From an uncultured archaeon (GTDB lineage: Archaea > Asgardarchaeota > Lokiarchaeia > Sigyniarchaeales > SOKP01): 64,000 nucleotides of DNA. Location: contig CAZGJX010000006.1 of NCBI GenBank assembly GCA_964525635.1, positions 1-64,000 of the forward strand, given 5' to 3'. Positions within the stretch are counted from its first letter, which is position 1; each line of letters starts with the position of its first letter. Shown here one piece after another: positions 39,721-49,742 of the stretch. A program made the translations under genes and the position numbers. The notes below the pieces were generated by a model, which worked only from the letters and a program-made list of their open reading frames with translations, made no database searches and was not told the origin of the DNA.

Positions 39721-40923
39721 TTATAAGTATAAATAACCTTGATGATTTCCCTTTGTGCTTAATCTAAGGCTACCTACTAGAATCTTTTTTACCTTAATTT
39801 GTTCTTTGTAATTTAACTCGGAGAATAATAAGATATACTCTTTATCTAAATTAATTGAAAAGAGTAATCCAATTTTTATTAATTTAGAGCGTTTAGTAAG
39901 AAGAGCAATTATTACATAATGATAAGGTAATCTTACTAGCTCATTAAGGTTAATTTCTGTTTCAATTAATTTATCTTCTTCTTCATTATAATCATGTTTT
40001 ACGAATTTAATATCATTTAGAGGAATAGTCATTTTACGATAATCTACTAATATTTTGGAGAATTGACTTTGTCTTAGAAATCTTCTTTCTTCTTTACTTC
40101 TTTCATAGAAATAATCGTTCTTTTCTTTAATTATGAGTATTTTTCTTTTTTTTTTAGATTTTGCATTTTTTTCAATTTCTTTTAATTCCTCAATCTCCTC
40201 ATCTTGGAATAAAATAATAAAATCAGGATCAATAGCATTAATAAAAAAATTTTTATATATAATACCTGCTTCGGTTTTTATCCATCCATCACTATCTATA
40301 AGAATAAAATCTGTTTCTTTATGTTTTTTAACGTAATTATCAATTAAATCCTTACATGAATGAGAAACAATAAATTTAAGATTTCCTTTTGGAAATGTGG
40401 CTCCTATAAATTGAGTAAATTCTGGATTAATATGTTCTCCTGAAAAAATTGGATTTTTTATTTCTCCGATATTAATAGTGGTAGGTAAATACATTATTTG
40501 TTGCCCAAGATCAGAATCGAGATATCCTCCTTTTAAATCTTCTTTTAAAAGATTATTTGCTAGATATTTTATTAAAGCAGTTTTACCACTACTTATACCA
40601 AGAGTCATAATTTTAACAGGAACTTCGTTTCTGTTACTAATAATATAATTAAGAATAGTGTCCTTTATATCTTGCCATTCTTTTGATACTGAATTATCCT
40701 TAACAACTTCAAGGTTTTCTTCGGGATTATTGGCTGTTATTTGCAATTTTGAATTTTGGATGGCATACAATGGATATCTAGTTGCACTGGGTATAATAAG
40801 TGTTCTTTCTTTATGTTCACTAGATATTTCTTTGCCAAAAATTTCAACAAATCCTTCCATTACTTCAATTCGAGTAGGGCCTTTAACTAATAAAGTATTA
40901 TCTTTCTTCAATTCTTTAATCAT
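39721..40923 (-). CDS. Clp1/Grc3/Nol9 family polynucleotide 5'-OH kinase
   Basis: N-terminal LLVKGP...GFVEIFG; SGKT, DSDLGQ, DSDGW, RRFLR lid. Confidence 0.85.
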   Translation of the reverse strand: MIKELKKDNTLLVKGPTRIEVMEGFVEIFGKEISSEHKERTLIIPSATRYPLYAIQNSKLQITANNPEENLEVVKDNSVSKEWQDIKDTILNYIISNRNEVPVKIMTLGISSGKTALIKYLANNLLKEDLKGGYLDSDLGQQIMYLPTTINIGEIKNPIFSGEHINPEFTQFIGATFPKGNLKFIVSHSCKDLIDNYVKKHKETDFILIDSDGWIKTEAGIIYKNFFINAIDPDFIILFQDEEIEELKEIEKNAKSKKKRKILIIKEKNDYFYERSKEERRFLRQSQFSKILVDYRKMTIPLNDIKFVKHDYNEEEDKLIETEINLNELVRLPYHYVIIALLTKRSKLIKIGLLFSINLDKEYILLFSELNYKEQIKVKKILVGSLRLSTKGNHQGYLYL

Positions 40924-41000
40924 AAATTATCCTCTTACTTGTCAAATATAAATAATTATTTAAAATAATTGGTAAAAATCTTCTCATTTTAGTAATATAA

Positions 41001-41444
41001 TCAAATTTTTAATTCATATATACGATAAATTTCTTCAAAACCAAATTTAGTAAATAGTTTTTCTACTGGTTTAGTTACTTTAGGTTTTAAAGAAATTTTA
41101 ATAGATTGAATGTGGTTATTCTTAAAATAATCTATAATAGAATGAATAATCTTTTCCCCTATACCTGTTCTCCTTTTTTCTTCTTTAACTATTAGATTGG
41201 ATAGATATCCAAATCGAAAACCATTATCTGAAGTTTTTACAGCACAGTAAGCCATTCCGAGAACATGATTAGTTTCCATATCAAATGCAACCATAACTTG
41301 ACTATTATTATCTTGCTTCATTTGACCTTCAATACTTTTTCTCCATCTTTGCTCATTAAATTCCTGCTCTTTTATTCTACATAGATTCTTCATTAATCTA
41401 GTTATCTCATCAATGTCCCTTTCAGAAAATTCTCGTATAATCAT
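41001..41444 (-). CDS. GNAT family N-acetyltransferase
   Basis: LIVKEEKRRTGIG, FTKFGF; start set at MIIREF. Confidence 0.88.
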   Translation of the reverse strand: MIIREFSERDIDEITRLMKNLCRIKEQEFNEQRWRKSIEGQMKQDNNSQVMVAFDMETNHVLGMAYCAVKTSDNGFRFGYLSNLIVKEEKRRTGIGEKIIHSIIDYFKNNHIQSIKISLKPKVTKPVEKLFTKFGFEEIYRIYELKI

Positions 41445-41593
41445 AACAAGATATAATTGCATTAAAACTATTATTTAGATTAATTAAAGAATTAATAAAT
41501 ATTTATTTAAATTAATAGAAATATCATAAAATTTATTTTTAATAAATTTGTTGTAAACAATCGCTTAATATTATAATTATTTAATGATTATAA

Positions 41594-42175
41594 CTATAAT
41601 ATTACTTCTGGTATAATTATTCCATGGTTAGATTTTGTTTTTAATGAAATTGCATTCATAGGGCAATTATTTATACAAAGACCACACCCAAAACATTTTA
41701 CTTCATTGAAACTCAGTTTTCCATCATTCCAGTTCCTTGCATCAAATACGCATATCTCTTGACATATACCACATTTTATACAGAGTTCATTATTAGTAAA
41801 CGCAATCAAGTTAGTTTTTAATTCGTTATCATATGATGAATTCTTCTTTATTCTTAAAATAGGTGAACAACAACATGAACAACAACTACAGATTTCTGTT
41901 ATATGATGACTTTTTACGGTGTAAAAAAGTCTATTGATGAGATTATTATCCTTAGCATATTGAAGAATTGATAATGCTCGTTCCTTTTGTATTGGATAAG
42001 CTTCTTTAAGATCATCCTTTGCCGCATGTTCAAAAAGAAGGCACACTTCCCATGTATCTGGGGGACATTTTCTTACCTTTGCCCGACAAACACATTTTCT
42101 CAGGTAAATATTTTTTGCCTTTTTAATGATTTCTAATGCTTTATCCTGAGGAATAATTAGAGAATTTGTGTTGAT
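41594..42175 (-). CDS. 4Fe-4S ferredoxin-domain protein; probable non-canonical start
   Basis: CVCR..C upstream of the listed GTG; ICSCCSCCCS; two CxxCxxCxxxC ferredoxin motifs. Confidence 0.82.
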   Translation of the reverse strand: MNTNSLIIPQDKALEIIKKAKNIYLRKCVCRAKVRKCPPDTWEVCLLFEHAAKDDLKEAYPIQKERALSILQYAKDNNLINRLFYTVKSHHITEICSCCSCCCSPILRIKKNSSYDNELKTNLIAFTNNELCIKCGICQEICVFDARNWNDGKLSFNEVKCFGCGLCINNCPMNAISLKTKSNHGIIIPEVIL

Positions 42176-42259
42176 TTTATCACATATATTATAATTCAGA
42201 TTTAATAATTTCTATTAATGTTAGGAATGTAAAAATCTTAATATTTTTTTCCTGCTAAT

Positions 42260-42781
42260 TTATTCTTTATAACATGGAATACAAAAATTTTTACCCTTAA
42301 TAGCTTTAATTCTTGTACTCATTGTTGGATCACCACAATTATCACATATTATTCTATCATGAATTTGTGCCTCTTCAGGAGGTTTAAATACTATACTATT
42401 AATTGTATAAATTTCTTCTGGTGATGAATTGAGTATTTTTTCTATCCTTTTTTCTCTGATTTGGATATTTTGGGAAATGCTACTTTTTTTTAATTTTAGT
42501 TTCACAGCTTTTTTTGTGTGTCTATTATAAAATGTGTAATTATTTTTACCATAATCTTTAAATTTCAAATTACCTTTTCCAAAGGTCGTCCCTAATAATG
42601 CTTGAATAGCATCAACTCCACAAGAATTTGTCTCTACAACGGCTACCAACTCTTCATCAATGGAAAAATCATTTCCATGGTCTAGAATATATTTTGAAAC
42701 AAGAACACCTAATGCTAAACCTGGACAACTATGTCCATGGAAATTTACAGCTTTTTGCATTAAATCTTTTATAGACATCAT
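42260..42781 (-). CDS. FmdE/FwdE family protein with C-terminal Zn finger
   Basis: FHGHSCPG, CGVDAIQ, TFGKGNL, CDNC...CIPC. Confidence 0.9.
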   Translation of the reverse strand: MMSIKDLMQKAVNFHGHSCPGLALGVLVSKYILDHGNDFSIDEELVAVVETNSCGVDAIQALLGTTFGKGNLKFKDYGKNNYTFYNRHTKKAVKLKLKKSSISQNIQIREKRIEKILNSSPEEIYTINSIVFKPPEEAQIHDRIICDNCGDPTMSTRIKAIKGKNFCIPCYKE

Positions 42782-42890
42782 CTAAAGAATAGATTAATTT
42801 TAAAAAATTAATAATTTTCTATTAATTTATCCCAGATTTAAATAATAAAAAAATATTATTATTTAATTATAATATTATAGAGTTGATTTT

Positions 42891-43394
42891 TTGAAATTCT
42901 TGATAGACGCAATGCTTGGAAGACTGTCTAGATTTTTAAGAATTTTTGGTTATGATACGATATATGCGAATGATTTGGAGAAAATTTATAAATTAGATTC
43001 AATTCCAGATGATATATTAATAGAATATGCAAAAAAGACTAATCGAATCATCATTACAAAAGATTTACCTTTATATGAAAGATTTAAAAACCAGAGTTTT
43101 TTTTTGGAAGGAGAAAATATATATAGCTATTTAAATCAGCTAAAAAAAGAATTTGGATTGAATTATAATTTTAATATAAAAAAAGCTCATTGTTCTGTTT
43201 GTAATTCAGAATTAAAAGAAGTAATTGATAAAAATCTAATAAAGGATAAAGTAAAAGAAGATACATTTCAATATTATAATGAATTTTATCAATGTCTAAA
43301 TTTAGATTGTAGAAAAATATTCTGGAATGGACCACATATTAGAGATATTGAAAATAAACTTAAAGAAAATACAGATGAGATCCAAATCCCATAA
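42891..43394 (+). CDS. Mut7-C (PIN-fold) RNase domain protein
   Basis: FLIDAMLGRLSRFLRIFGYD, IITKD, CSVCN, C...C..IFWNGPH. Confidence 0.92.
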   Translation: MKFLIDAMLGRLSRFLRIFGYDTIYANDLEKIYKLDSIPDDILIEYAKKTNRIIITKDLPLYERFKNQSFFLEGENIYSYLNQLKKEFGLNYNFNIKKAHCSVCNSELKEVIDKNLIKDKVKEDTFQYYNEFYQCLNLDCRKIFWNGPHIRDIENKLKENTDEIQIP

Positions 43395-43534
43395 TTATTC
43401 TTTTCATTTTAAAAATAACTCTTTAATTTATATAAAATTTATTATTTTCTTTATTATAAAAAAAAATTTAGAATATACAGATTATATCTTTTATGAAGTC
43501 TGATTGGAATTCAAGGAGTTTATTAGAATAATAT

Positions 43535-43768
43535 TTAATCATTCTTTTTAAAATGTTGTTGTTTAATTTCATCAAATCTTTTTTTTGTTTTCTCTGCATC
43601 TTCCGTACAATTACCCTTTTTATACATGGCATAAGCTTGATTTAATAATTCAAGACATTTACGATATTCTTTATTCATAAAATGATTTTGAGATAATTCT
43701 ACCAAATAATCTCCTTTTTTTTTATAGAATTCATTCCATTGCCCAGAGGTGTCAACATTATTACTCAT
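43535..43768 (-). CDS. Small helical (TPR-like) hypothetical protein
   Basis: 77 aa; KGDYL...EYRKCLELLNQAYAMY TPR-like pattern. Confidence 0.65.
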   Translation of the reverse strand: MSNNVDTSGQWNEFYKKKGDYLVELSQNHFMNKEYRKCLELLNQAYAMYKKGNCTEDAEKTKKRFDEIKQQHFKKND

Positions 43769-44012
43769 AAATTATCATTAATTAGAGGGATTTTTAATTA
43801 TATAATAATTACCTTGTGATTATTTATAAAAATTTGTAATTAAAAGTTATAAAATATTTCTTTAATTATACCCTTTTTCATCCTTAATAATTGAACCCCT
43901 TAAATCTTCTCATCTCAATTATTTTGATATTTAAATAATAATTGGTCCATTCAAATTTTATATTCTAATTTTAAATTTATTTATTTATAATCATTTTAAA
44001 GTGCTTACTCGG

Positions 44013-44765
44013 ATGGATGAGAAAAATAATTTATTACGCCCCATTTGGAAGAAAATATTTAAAAGTGCTTTGATCCTAAGCATAATTTTGTTTATTTTAT
44101 TAAGTTATCCAAGGATTTATGGTTTACTTGGTCCAGGAGATGTAGAAATGTTGATTTTAGTAAATTTTTTACTAATGTGGATTCTACCTTTTATTTTTTT
44201 TTCAAAATATGGATTGAAAAAAATAGGAATTAGAAAACCAAATAAAAAAATTTGGTTATTATACAGTTTTCTATTAGGACTTTTATTATCATTTATTTGC
44301 TTTTTAATTGGAATATTGTTATTTGACATGACGATTGATAATTGGTATATTAATATAAGTAAACAAATTTTACCTGAAGATTTTTCATCAGAATATATTA
44401 CAGCTAGTATAGTTCTTATTATTACTATTCCAGGTATTTTATTTAGTTCGGTTGGAGAAGAATTGTTTTTCCGTGGAATAATTCATGAATCAATCAAAGA
44501 AAAGAAAAATAAAAATATTGCAATTATTGGCAATGCTTTAGCATTTGCAGGAATTCATATATTTCACCATGGTATTAATAGAATTGGTAGTAATTGGTAT
44601 TTTTTATTTTTATCAGGTTCAATTTTTTTTTTATTAATGTTGGGACTTAGCTGGATTCTGAGTATACTTAAGGAAAGAAGCGAATCAATATTACCTTCTA
44701 TAATCTGTCATTTATCATTTAATTTAATGATGTTTATAACTATATTCCTATTTTTAATAGAATGA
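44013..44765 (+). CDS. CPBP/Abi (CAAX) intramembrane metalloprotease
   Basis: GEELFFRG, FAGIH, HLSFN motifs. Confidence 0.9.
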   Translation: MDEKNNLLRPIWKKIFKSALILSIILFILLSYPRIYGLLGPGDVEMLILVNFLLMWILPFIFFSKYGLKKIGIRKPNKKIWLLYSFLLGLLLSFICFLIGILLFDMTIDNWYINISKQILPEDFSSEYITASIVLIITIPGILFSSVGEELFFRGIIHESIKEKKNKNIAIIGNALAFAGIHIFHHGINRIGSNWYFLFLSGSIFFLLMLGLSWILSILKERSESILPSIICHLSFNLMMFITIFLFLIE

Positions 44766-44777
44766 TATACTTTTTTT

Positions 44778-45899
44778 TTATTTTTTTTTTTCTGATCTGA
44801 TAACATTAGGAATTTTACCTTCAAATAATAATTGATCTAATAATGTTATAGCAGTTATTGCCTCAACAACTATGACTGCTCTGGGAACAATACAAGGATC
44901 ATGTCTTCCAGTTAGTTTCAATTTAGTATTCTCCATTTTAGCAATATCAACAGTGTTCTGTTCTTGACTTATTGATGCTGTAGGTTTGACAACAACCTGA
45001 AAAACTATAGGCATACCAATTGAAATACCACCAATAATCCCTCCTGAATTATTTGTAGTAGTTCTTATCTCTCCATTCTTAATTATCCAAGGATCATTAT
45101 GTATTGATCCCTTTATTTCTGCGGCTTTAAATCCTAATCCAAATTCTATTCCTTTTATTGCTGGAATTGAAAAGATTGCTTTACTTATACTAGATTCTAA
45201 TCCCTCAAATAAGGGACTACCGACTCCTGAAGGTAAATTATTTACAATACATCGAATTATACCACCTATAGAATCATTTTCATTTCTAATATGTTCAATT
45301 AATTGAACCATTTTTTCAGATATTTTATTATTTAAACTTCTGACGATGGATTTTTCTCGTATTTCTATAAAATTATCAACATCCTTAATTATATAATCAT
45401 TATTATCATTAATTTGCCCTATACTTTTTGTATAAGCAAAAATGGAAATATTATAGAGTTTAAGAATTCTTTTTGCTATTGCTCCAGCTACAACTAATCC
45501 AGCGGTTATTCTTCCAGAGAATCTTCCTGATCCTCTATAATCAGCATATCCTCCATATCTTTTCAAAGCAGAATAATCTACATGAGATGGTCTTAATAGA
45601 TCTTTATATTTTTCATATTTAGAAGAGTCAACATCTTTGTTTTCAATAACAATACAAATTGGAGCACCCGTAGCTTTATTTTTAAACACTCCTGAAATGA
45701 TCTTTGCTTTATCAGATTCATTTCTTGGGGTAGTAATGTTAGATTGGCCCGGTTTTCTTTTCGTTAATTCATCTTGGATAAAATCTAAATTAATTTCTAA
45801 TCCCGCAGGAACACCATCAATAATTATTCCAATTACTTCACCATGACTTTCTCCAAATGAAGTTATTTTAAACAGTTTTCCTAATGTATTAAATCCCAT
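44778..45899 (-). CDS. aroC: Chorismate synthase
   Basis: FGESHG, RPSHVD, SGRFSGR, KPTASI, GRHDPC. Confidence 0.97.
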   Translation of the reverse strand: MGFNTLGKLFKITSFGESHGEVIGIIIDGVPAGLEINLDFIQDELTKRKPGQSNITTPRNESDKAKIISGVFKNKATGAPICIVIENKDVDSSKYEKYKDLLRPSHVDYSALKRYGGYADYRGSGRFSGRITAGLVVAGAIAKRILKLYNISIFAYTKSIGQINDNNDYIIKDVDNFIEIREKSIVRSLNNKISEKMVQLIEHIRNENDSIGGIIRCIVNNLPSGVGSPLFEGLESSISKAIFSIPAIKGIEFGLGFKAAEIKGSIHNDPWIIKNGEIRTTTNNSGGIIGGISIGMPIVFQVVVKPTASISQEQNTVDIAKMENTKLKLTGRHDPCIVPRAVIVVEAITAITLLDQLLFEGKIPNVIRSEKKK

Positions 45900-46139
45900 T
45901 TTTCACAAATCTCTGCTAGATTATTTGTTCAATATACATTATTAATCATATTCTAGATTTTATGATTTTACACTAAATTAAAGTTTTTTAAATTTATATT
46001 TATTTTTCAAATAAATCTTATTAATTTATTTTCTAATTTCAATTTCTTTGATTGAGAGATTCTTTTCAAATTGGTAAAAAGTATGAATTGATTGAAAAAT
46101 CAAAAAAGAATTTAACTAAAAAAAACCCTTTATTAATTA

Positions 46140-47468
46140 ATGAATCTTAAAATAAAAGTTCCTGCAAATCCAATAAAAGGAACTATTATTCCTCCTGGTT
46201 CTAAGAGTTATTCTCATAGAGCATTTATTTTAGCTGGAATTACTGAAGGAGCATCAGTTCTCAAGAATCCTTTGATTTCTGGGGATGTAATAGTCACAAT
46301 TAAGATATTAAAATCTTTAGGAGTTAAAATTGCTAAAATAAATGAAAATTCTTTAGTTGTAAGTGGATTAATGAATTTTTCTTTTGATAATAGAAAACCA
46401 GTTGATTGTAAGAATTCGGGGACAACATTAAGAATCTTTACTGCTTTAAGTTTATTAATTCAGGGTGGACTAAGGTTTAAGGGAGAATTTATTAAAAGAA
46501 AGCGACCAATTCTTCCATTATTGGAAGCTCTAACAAATTTAGGTGCACAATATCAATTAAGTGAAGAAGAATTCTTTATTGAGAGGAAAGAAAAAATATG
46601 TAAATCAATTGAAATAAAAGGAGATATAAGTTCACAATTCATTACAGCATTGATTATCTTATGCGCTTTACTAAAGTGTGATAAAACAAATATTATTGAA
46701 CTTAAAATCACAACACCATTAGTATCATATCCCTATATAAAAATTACTCTTAATCTACTTGAAAAATTTGGAATTAATATCATTGAGAAAAAGGAAAAAG
46801 ATAAGATATTAAAATATTTTATTCAAACAGGTCAGGTTTCACGAACTCAGATTTATGAAATACCTGCTGATTTTTCCTCTGCTGCATTTATAATTGCAGC
46901 CACTGTTCTATCTCCTAATGATTCTCAAATCTCTATAAACAATTTAGATTTTCAGGACATACAGGGAGATAAAATAATTATTGATATTCTAAAAAAGATG
47001 GGAGCAAAAATTGATATTTTTGAAAAAGAAAAGAAGATTGTGGTTTATGGAAACATTAATAAATATCCATTAAAAGGTAGAGAGATTGATTGTAGTGATA
47101 TTCCAGATCTATTTCCAATATTATCCGTATTAGGAGCTTATGCAGAAGGAAAGACTGTATTATATAATGCTAGCAATTTAAGATTTAAAGAAAGTAATAG
47201 GATTTTAGTTATGGCAAGAGAATTAAAAAAAAAGGGAGTAAGAATCATTGAAAAAAATGATGGAATAGAAATTTATCACTGTGATAATATAATTGGATCT
47301 TCAATAAATCATGAAAATGATCATAGAATTGCCATGGCATGTATAGTAGCAAGCCTATATTCTACAACACAATCAATTATAAATGATATAGAAATAATAA
47401 AGGATTCTTATCCAAATTTTATTGAAGATTTAGAAAAATTAGGTACAAATATTGAAAAAATAACTTAA
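46140..47468 (+). CDS. aroA: EPSP synthase
   Basis: PGSKSYSHR, NSGTTLR, SSQF, LRFKESNR, DHRIAM. Confidence 0.96.
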   Translation: MNLKIKVPANPIKGTIIPPGSKSYSHRAFILAGITEGASVLKNPLISGDVIVTIKILKSLGVKIAKINENSLVVSGLMNFSFDNRKPVDCKNSGTTLRIFTALSLLIQGGLRFKGEFIKRKRPILPLLEALTNLGAQYQLSEEEFFIERKEKICKSIEIKGDISSQFITALIILCALLKCDKTNIIELKITTPLVSYPYIKITLNLLEKFGINIIEKKEKDKILKYFIQTGQVSRTQIYEIPADFSSAAFIIAATVLSPNDSQISINNLDFQDIQGDKIIIDILKKMGAKIDIFEKEKKIVVYGNINKYPLKGREIDCSDIPDLFPILSVLGAYAEGKTVLYNASNLRFKESNRILVMARELKKKGVRIIEKNDGIEIYHCDNIIGSSINHENDHRIAMACIVASLYSTTQSIINDIEIIKDSYPNFIEDLEKLGTNIEKIT

Positions 47469-47474
47469 TTTTTT

Positions 47475-47885
47475 TTAACGGAAAGACTTTTGTCTTCTTT
47501 TTCTTGCTTTAGTTCCACCAAATTTCTTTGGTTCTATTCTCCTAGAATCACCACTTAATAAGGCATCATCGTATTCTCTTAATGTACGTTCTATTTTTTT
47601 TGTTCCAATATATTTATTAATTGCTCTGGCAATTGCTATTCTTGCAGCGTCAGTTTGACCACTAGTTCCTCCACCTTTAACAGTAACTTCAATATCACAT
47701 TTTTGAACTTTAGGATTGTTAATAATTTCTAATACTTCTTGTATCCTTAATCTAGCTATCTCTGGTTTGTAAATTTCTAAAGGTACATTATTTATTTTAA
47801 TTAATCCTTTAGAAGGATATCTTAGTGTGGCTCTCGCAATAGACGCTTTTCTCTTACCAGCAGATTGTATTAATTTCATTGACAT
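47475..47885 (-). CDS. rps9: 30S ribosomal protein S9
   Basis: GKRKASIARA, GGGTSGQ, EPKKFGG, RQKSFR. Confidence 0.97.
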   Translation of the reverse strand: MSMKLIQSAGKRKASIARATLRYPSKGLIKINNVPLEIYKPEIARLRIQEVLEIINNPKVQKCDIEVTVKGGGTSGQTDAARIAIARAINKYIGTKKIERTLREYDDALLSGDSRRIEPKKFGGTKARKRRQKSFR

Positions 47886-47890
47886 TATTA

Positions 47891-48364
47891 TTAGGCCTCA
47901 ATCTCTTTTTTTTTCCATCCACCTATTCTATTACATAAATTTTCTAATGTTATAAATTTATTATAATAGAAGAGACGTGTTTTATTACATTTAGGGATAT
48001 CTTGAGGAATTAATTTTTGATATTTTGGTTTAAATCGTTCTGGAATATTTTCTGCATAAACATGTATTCTTTTAATTGCTTCTTTTCCTCTGATTTTTTT
48101 TCTTGGAAGCATCTGCTTAATAACTCTTTTCATAAATGTATCTGGTCTTCGGCGATGAAAAGGTCCTTTTGTTGGATTTGTAGCTGTTCTTATATTCAAT
48201 TTTGAAAGATATCTTTCATGGATTTCACTTTTATTTCCACTAATAATTGCATCTTTTGCGTTTATTACAACGATATGTTGCCCTAATAAGGTTTTTTTGG
48301 CAACTTGACTACAAAATCTTCCCAAAATTTTATCCTTAGCATCTAACAATAGATATTCTTGCAT
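47891..48364 (-). CDS. rpl13: 50S ribosomal protein L13
   Basis: DAKDKILGR, NPTKGPFH, MLPRK. Confidence 0.96.
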   Translation of the reverse strand: MQEYLLLDAKDKILGRFCSQVAKKTLLGQHIVVINAKDAIISGNKSEIHERYLSKLNIRTATNPTKGPFHRRRPDTFMKRVIKQMLPRKKIRGKEAIKRIHVYAENIPERFKPKYQKLIPQDIPKCNKTRLFYYNKFITLENLCNRIGGWKKKEIEA

Positions 48365-48382
48365 TTTATATCACTTAATTTT

Positions 48383-48748
48383 TTAATAAAAAATCTTAAT
48401 ATTTTTTCCTTCTGGATTTTCTACTAGTAATTCTTCAATAGTTATTAATTTACTCCCTGAAGCTGCGATTTTTTCTTTTGCTGATTTTGAATAATTTAAA
48501 CAAGCAATAGTTAATTTATGATTCAATTCTCCAATTCCCAAAACTTTTCCAGGAATTAAAATAACATCATTTTGCTTTGTTTTTTTATTTATTCTTTTTA
48601 AATTAGCTTCTACTCTATTTCTCCTTGGAGAAGCGATTTTTTTTGATATTTTTCTCCAAATTCTTCTTTTTGTTTTCCACAAATCCCTAATTAATTTACG
48701 TGTATAGTAATTTGTTGGACCTGTTACTTTATGACTCAATAGCAACAC
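48383..48748 (-). CDS. rpl18e: 50S ribosomal protein L18e
   Basis: PRRNRVEANL, PGKVLGIG. Confidence 0.95.
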   Translation of the reverse strand: MLLLSHKVTGPTNYYTRKLIRDLWKTKRRIWRKISKKIASPRRNRVEANLKRINKKTKQNDVILIPGKVLGIGELNHKLTIACLNYSKSAKEKIAASGSKLITIEELLVENPEGKNIKIFY

Positions 48749-48811
48749 TTTCTCTTATTATTTAAAGGTATTTATATAAAAATTTGATAATTTAATAAAT
48801 TTTTGATTGGA

Positions 48812-49645
48812 TTATTCTTGTATTTCGATTTGTTCTAATTTATCAACAAATTCATCAATTTTAGCAAAAAATATTTCAAACAATTTTCTTAAAATAACAT
48901 TAAAGGGTAATACTCCATCACTTTCTATAAAGAAAAGATAAGTATCTTTTTCCCAATCCAGTTTAATTGCTTTTTCAGGACAATTTTCTCTACATGCTTT
49001 ACATAATGTGCAAGCCTTCCAAGGATCTTTGATAAGTTTAGGTAATTTTTGATCCGAGAAATCATAGAGTTTTTCTGGACACATCCGTGAAACAATACAT
49101 TTATCGGGACAATTACCACATTTAGTATTATCAAATTCAATAATAGGTAAATATCTAAAAAATACGTTTGAAACAGGTTGCCATTTAACATGAGTTCTAG
49201 ATCTACCTAGAGTTGCATATGCTTCAAATATTAGACTTGATCCCCCTCCAATTTTAACTATGGGTATATTTGGATCAACAGGAACGATATTTGGATCACT
49301 AGTCTTCAAATCTCCTGAATATATAATCAGATTATTTTTTGAATCATTAATAACTTCACACGTCAAAGAAACTTGACATGATGGACAGCCATACCCTCCA
49401 CAACTACAATCAGAAGGTAAACTATAAGATTCTAGATCGGTTTTCAATGGTATTAATCCAATTCTATGTGCTAATATTTCATCATATAGAGGTGAATCAT
49501 TTTTCAGAATAATTACTTCGTCGACGGCCATTGCAGGAATCCATGAAAGAATAATTCTTCTTAAAGCATTAATCATTTCAAGTGAAATATCCCTTATAAT
49601 GAGCTTTAAATTATATTTATCCTTTTCAACAATTTCAAGTTCCAT
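48812..49645 (-). CDS. rpoD: DNA-directed RNA polymerase subunit D (Rpo3) with Fe-S insert
   Basis: NALRR, DEILAHRIGLIP, HVKWQP; Cys-rich ferredoxin-like insert. Confidence 0.96.
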   Translation of the reverse strand: MELEIVEKDKYNLKLIIRDISLEMINALRRIILSWIPAMAVDEVIILKNDSPLYDEILAHRIGLIPLKTDLESYSLPSDCSCGGYGCPSCQVSLTCEVINDSKNNLIIYSGDLKTSDPNIVPVDPNIPIVKIGGGSSLIFEAYATLGRSRTHVKWQPVSNVFFRYLPIIEFDNTKCGNCPDKCIVSRMCPEKLYDFSDQKLPKLIKDPWKACTLCKACRENCPEKAIKLDWEKDTYLFFIESDGVLPFNVILRKLFEIFFAKIDEFVDKLEQIEIQE

Positions 49646-49742
49646 AATATTCGAATTTTAATGATTAAAAAATAAAGAAATTATTTTGATAAAAGATACA
49701 TATAAGATAAATTTTGTCATAGGATAAATACTATTAATAATA

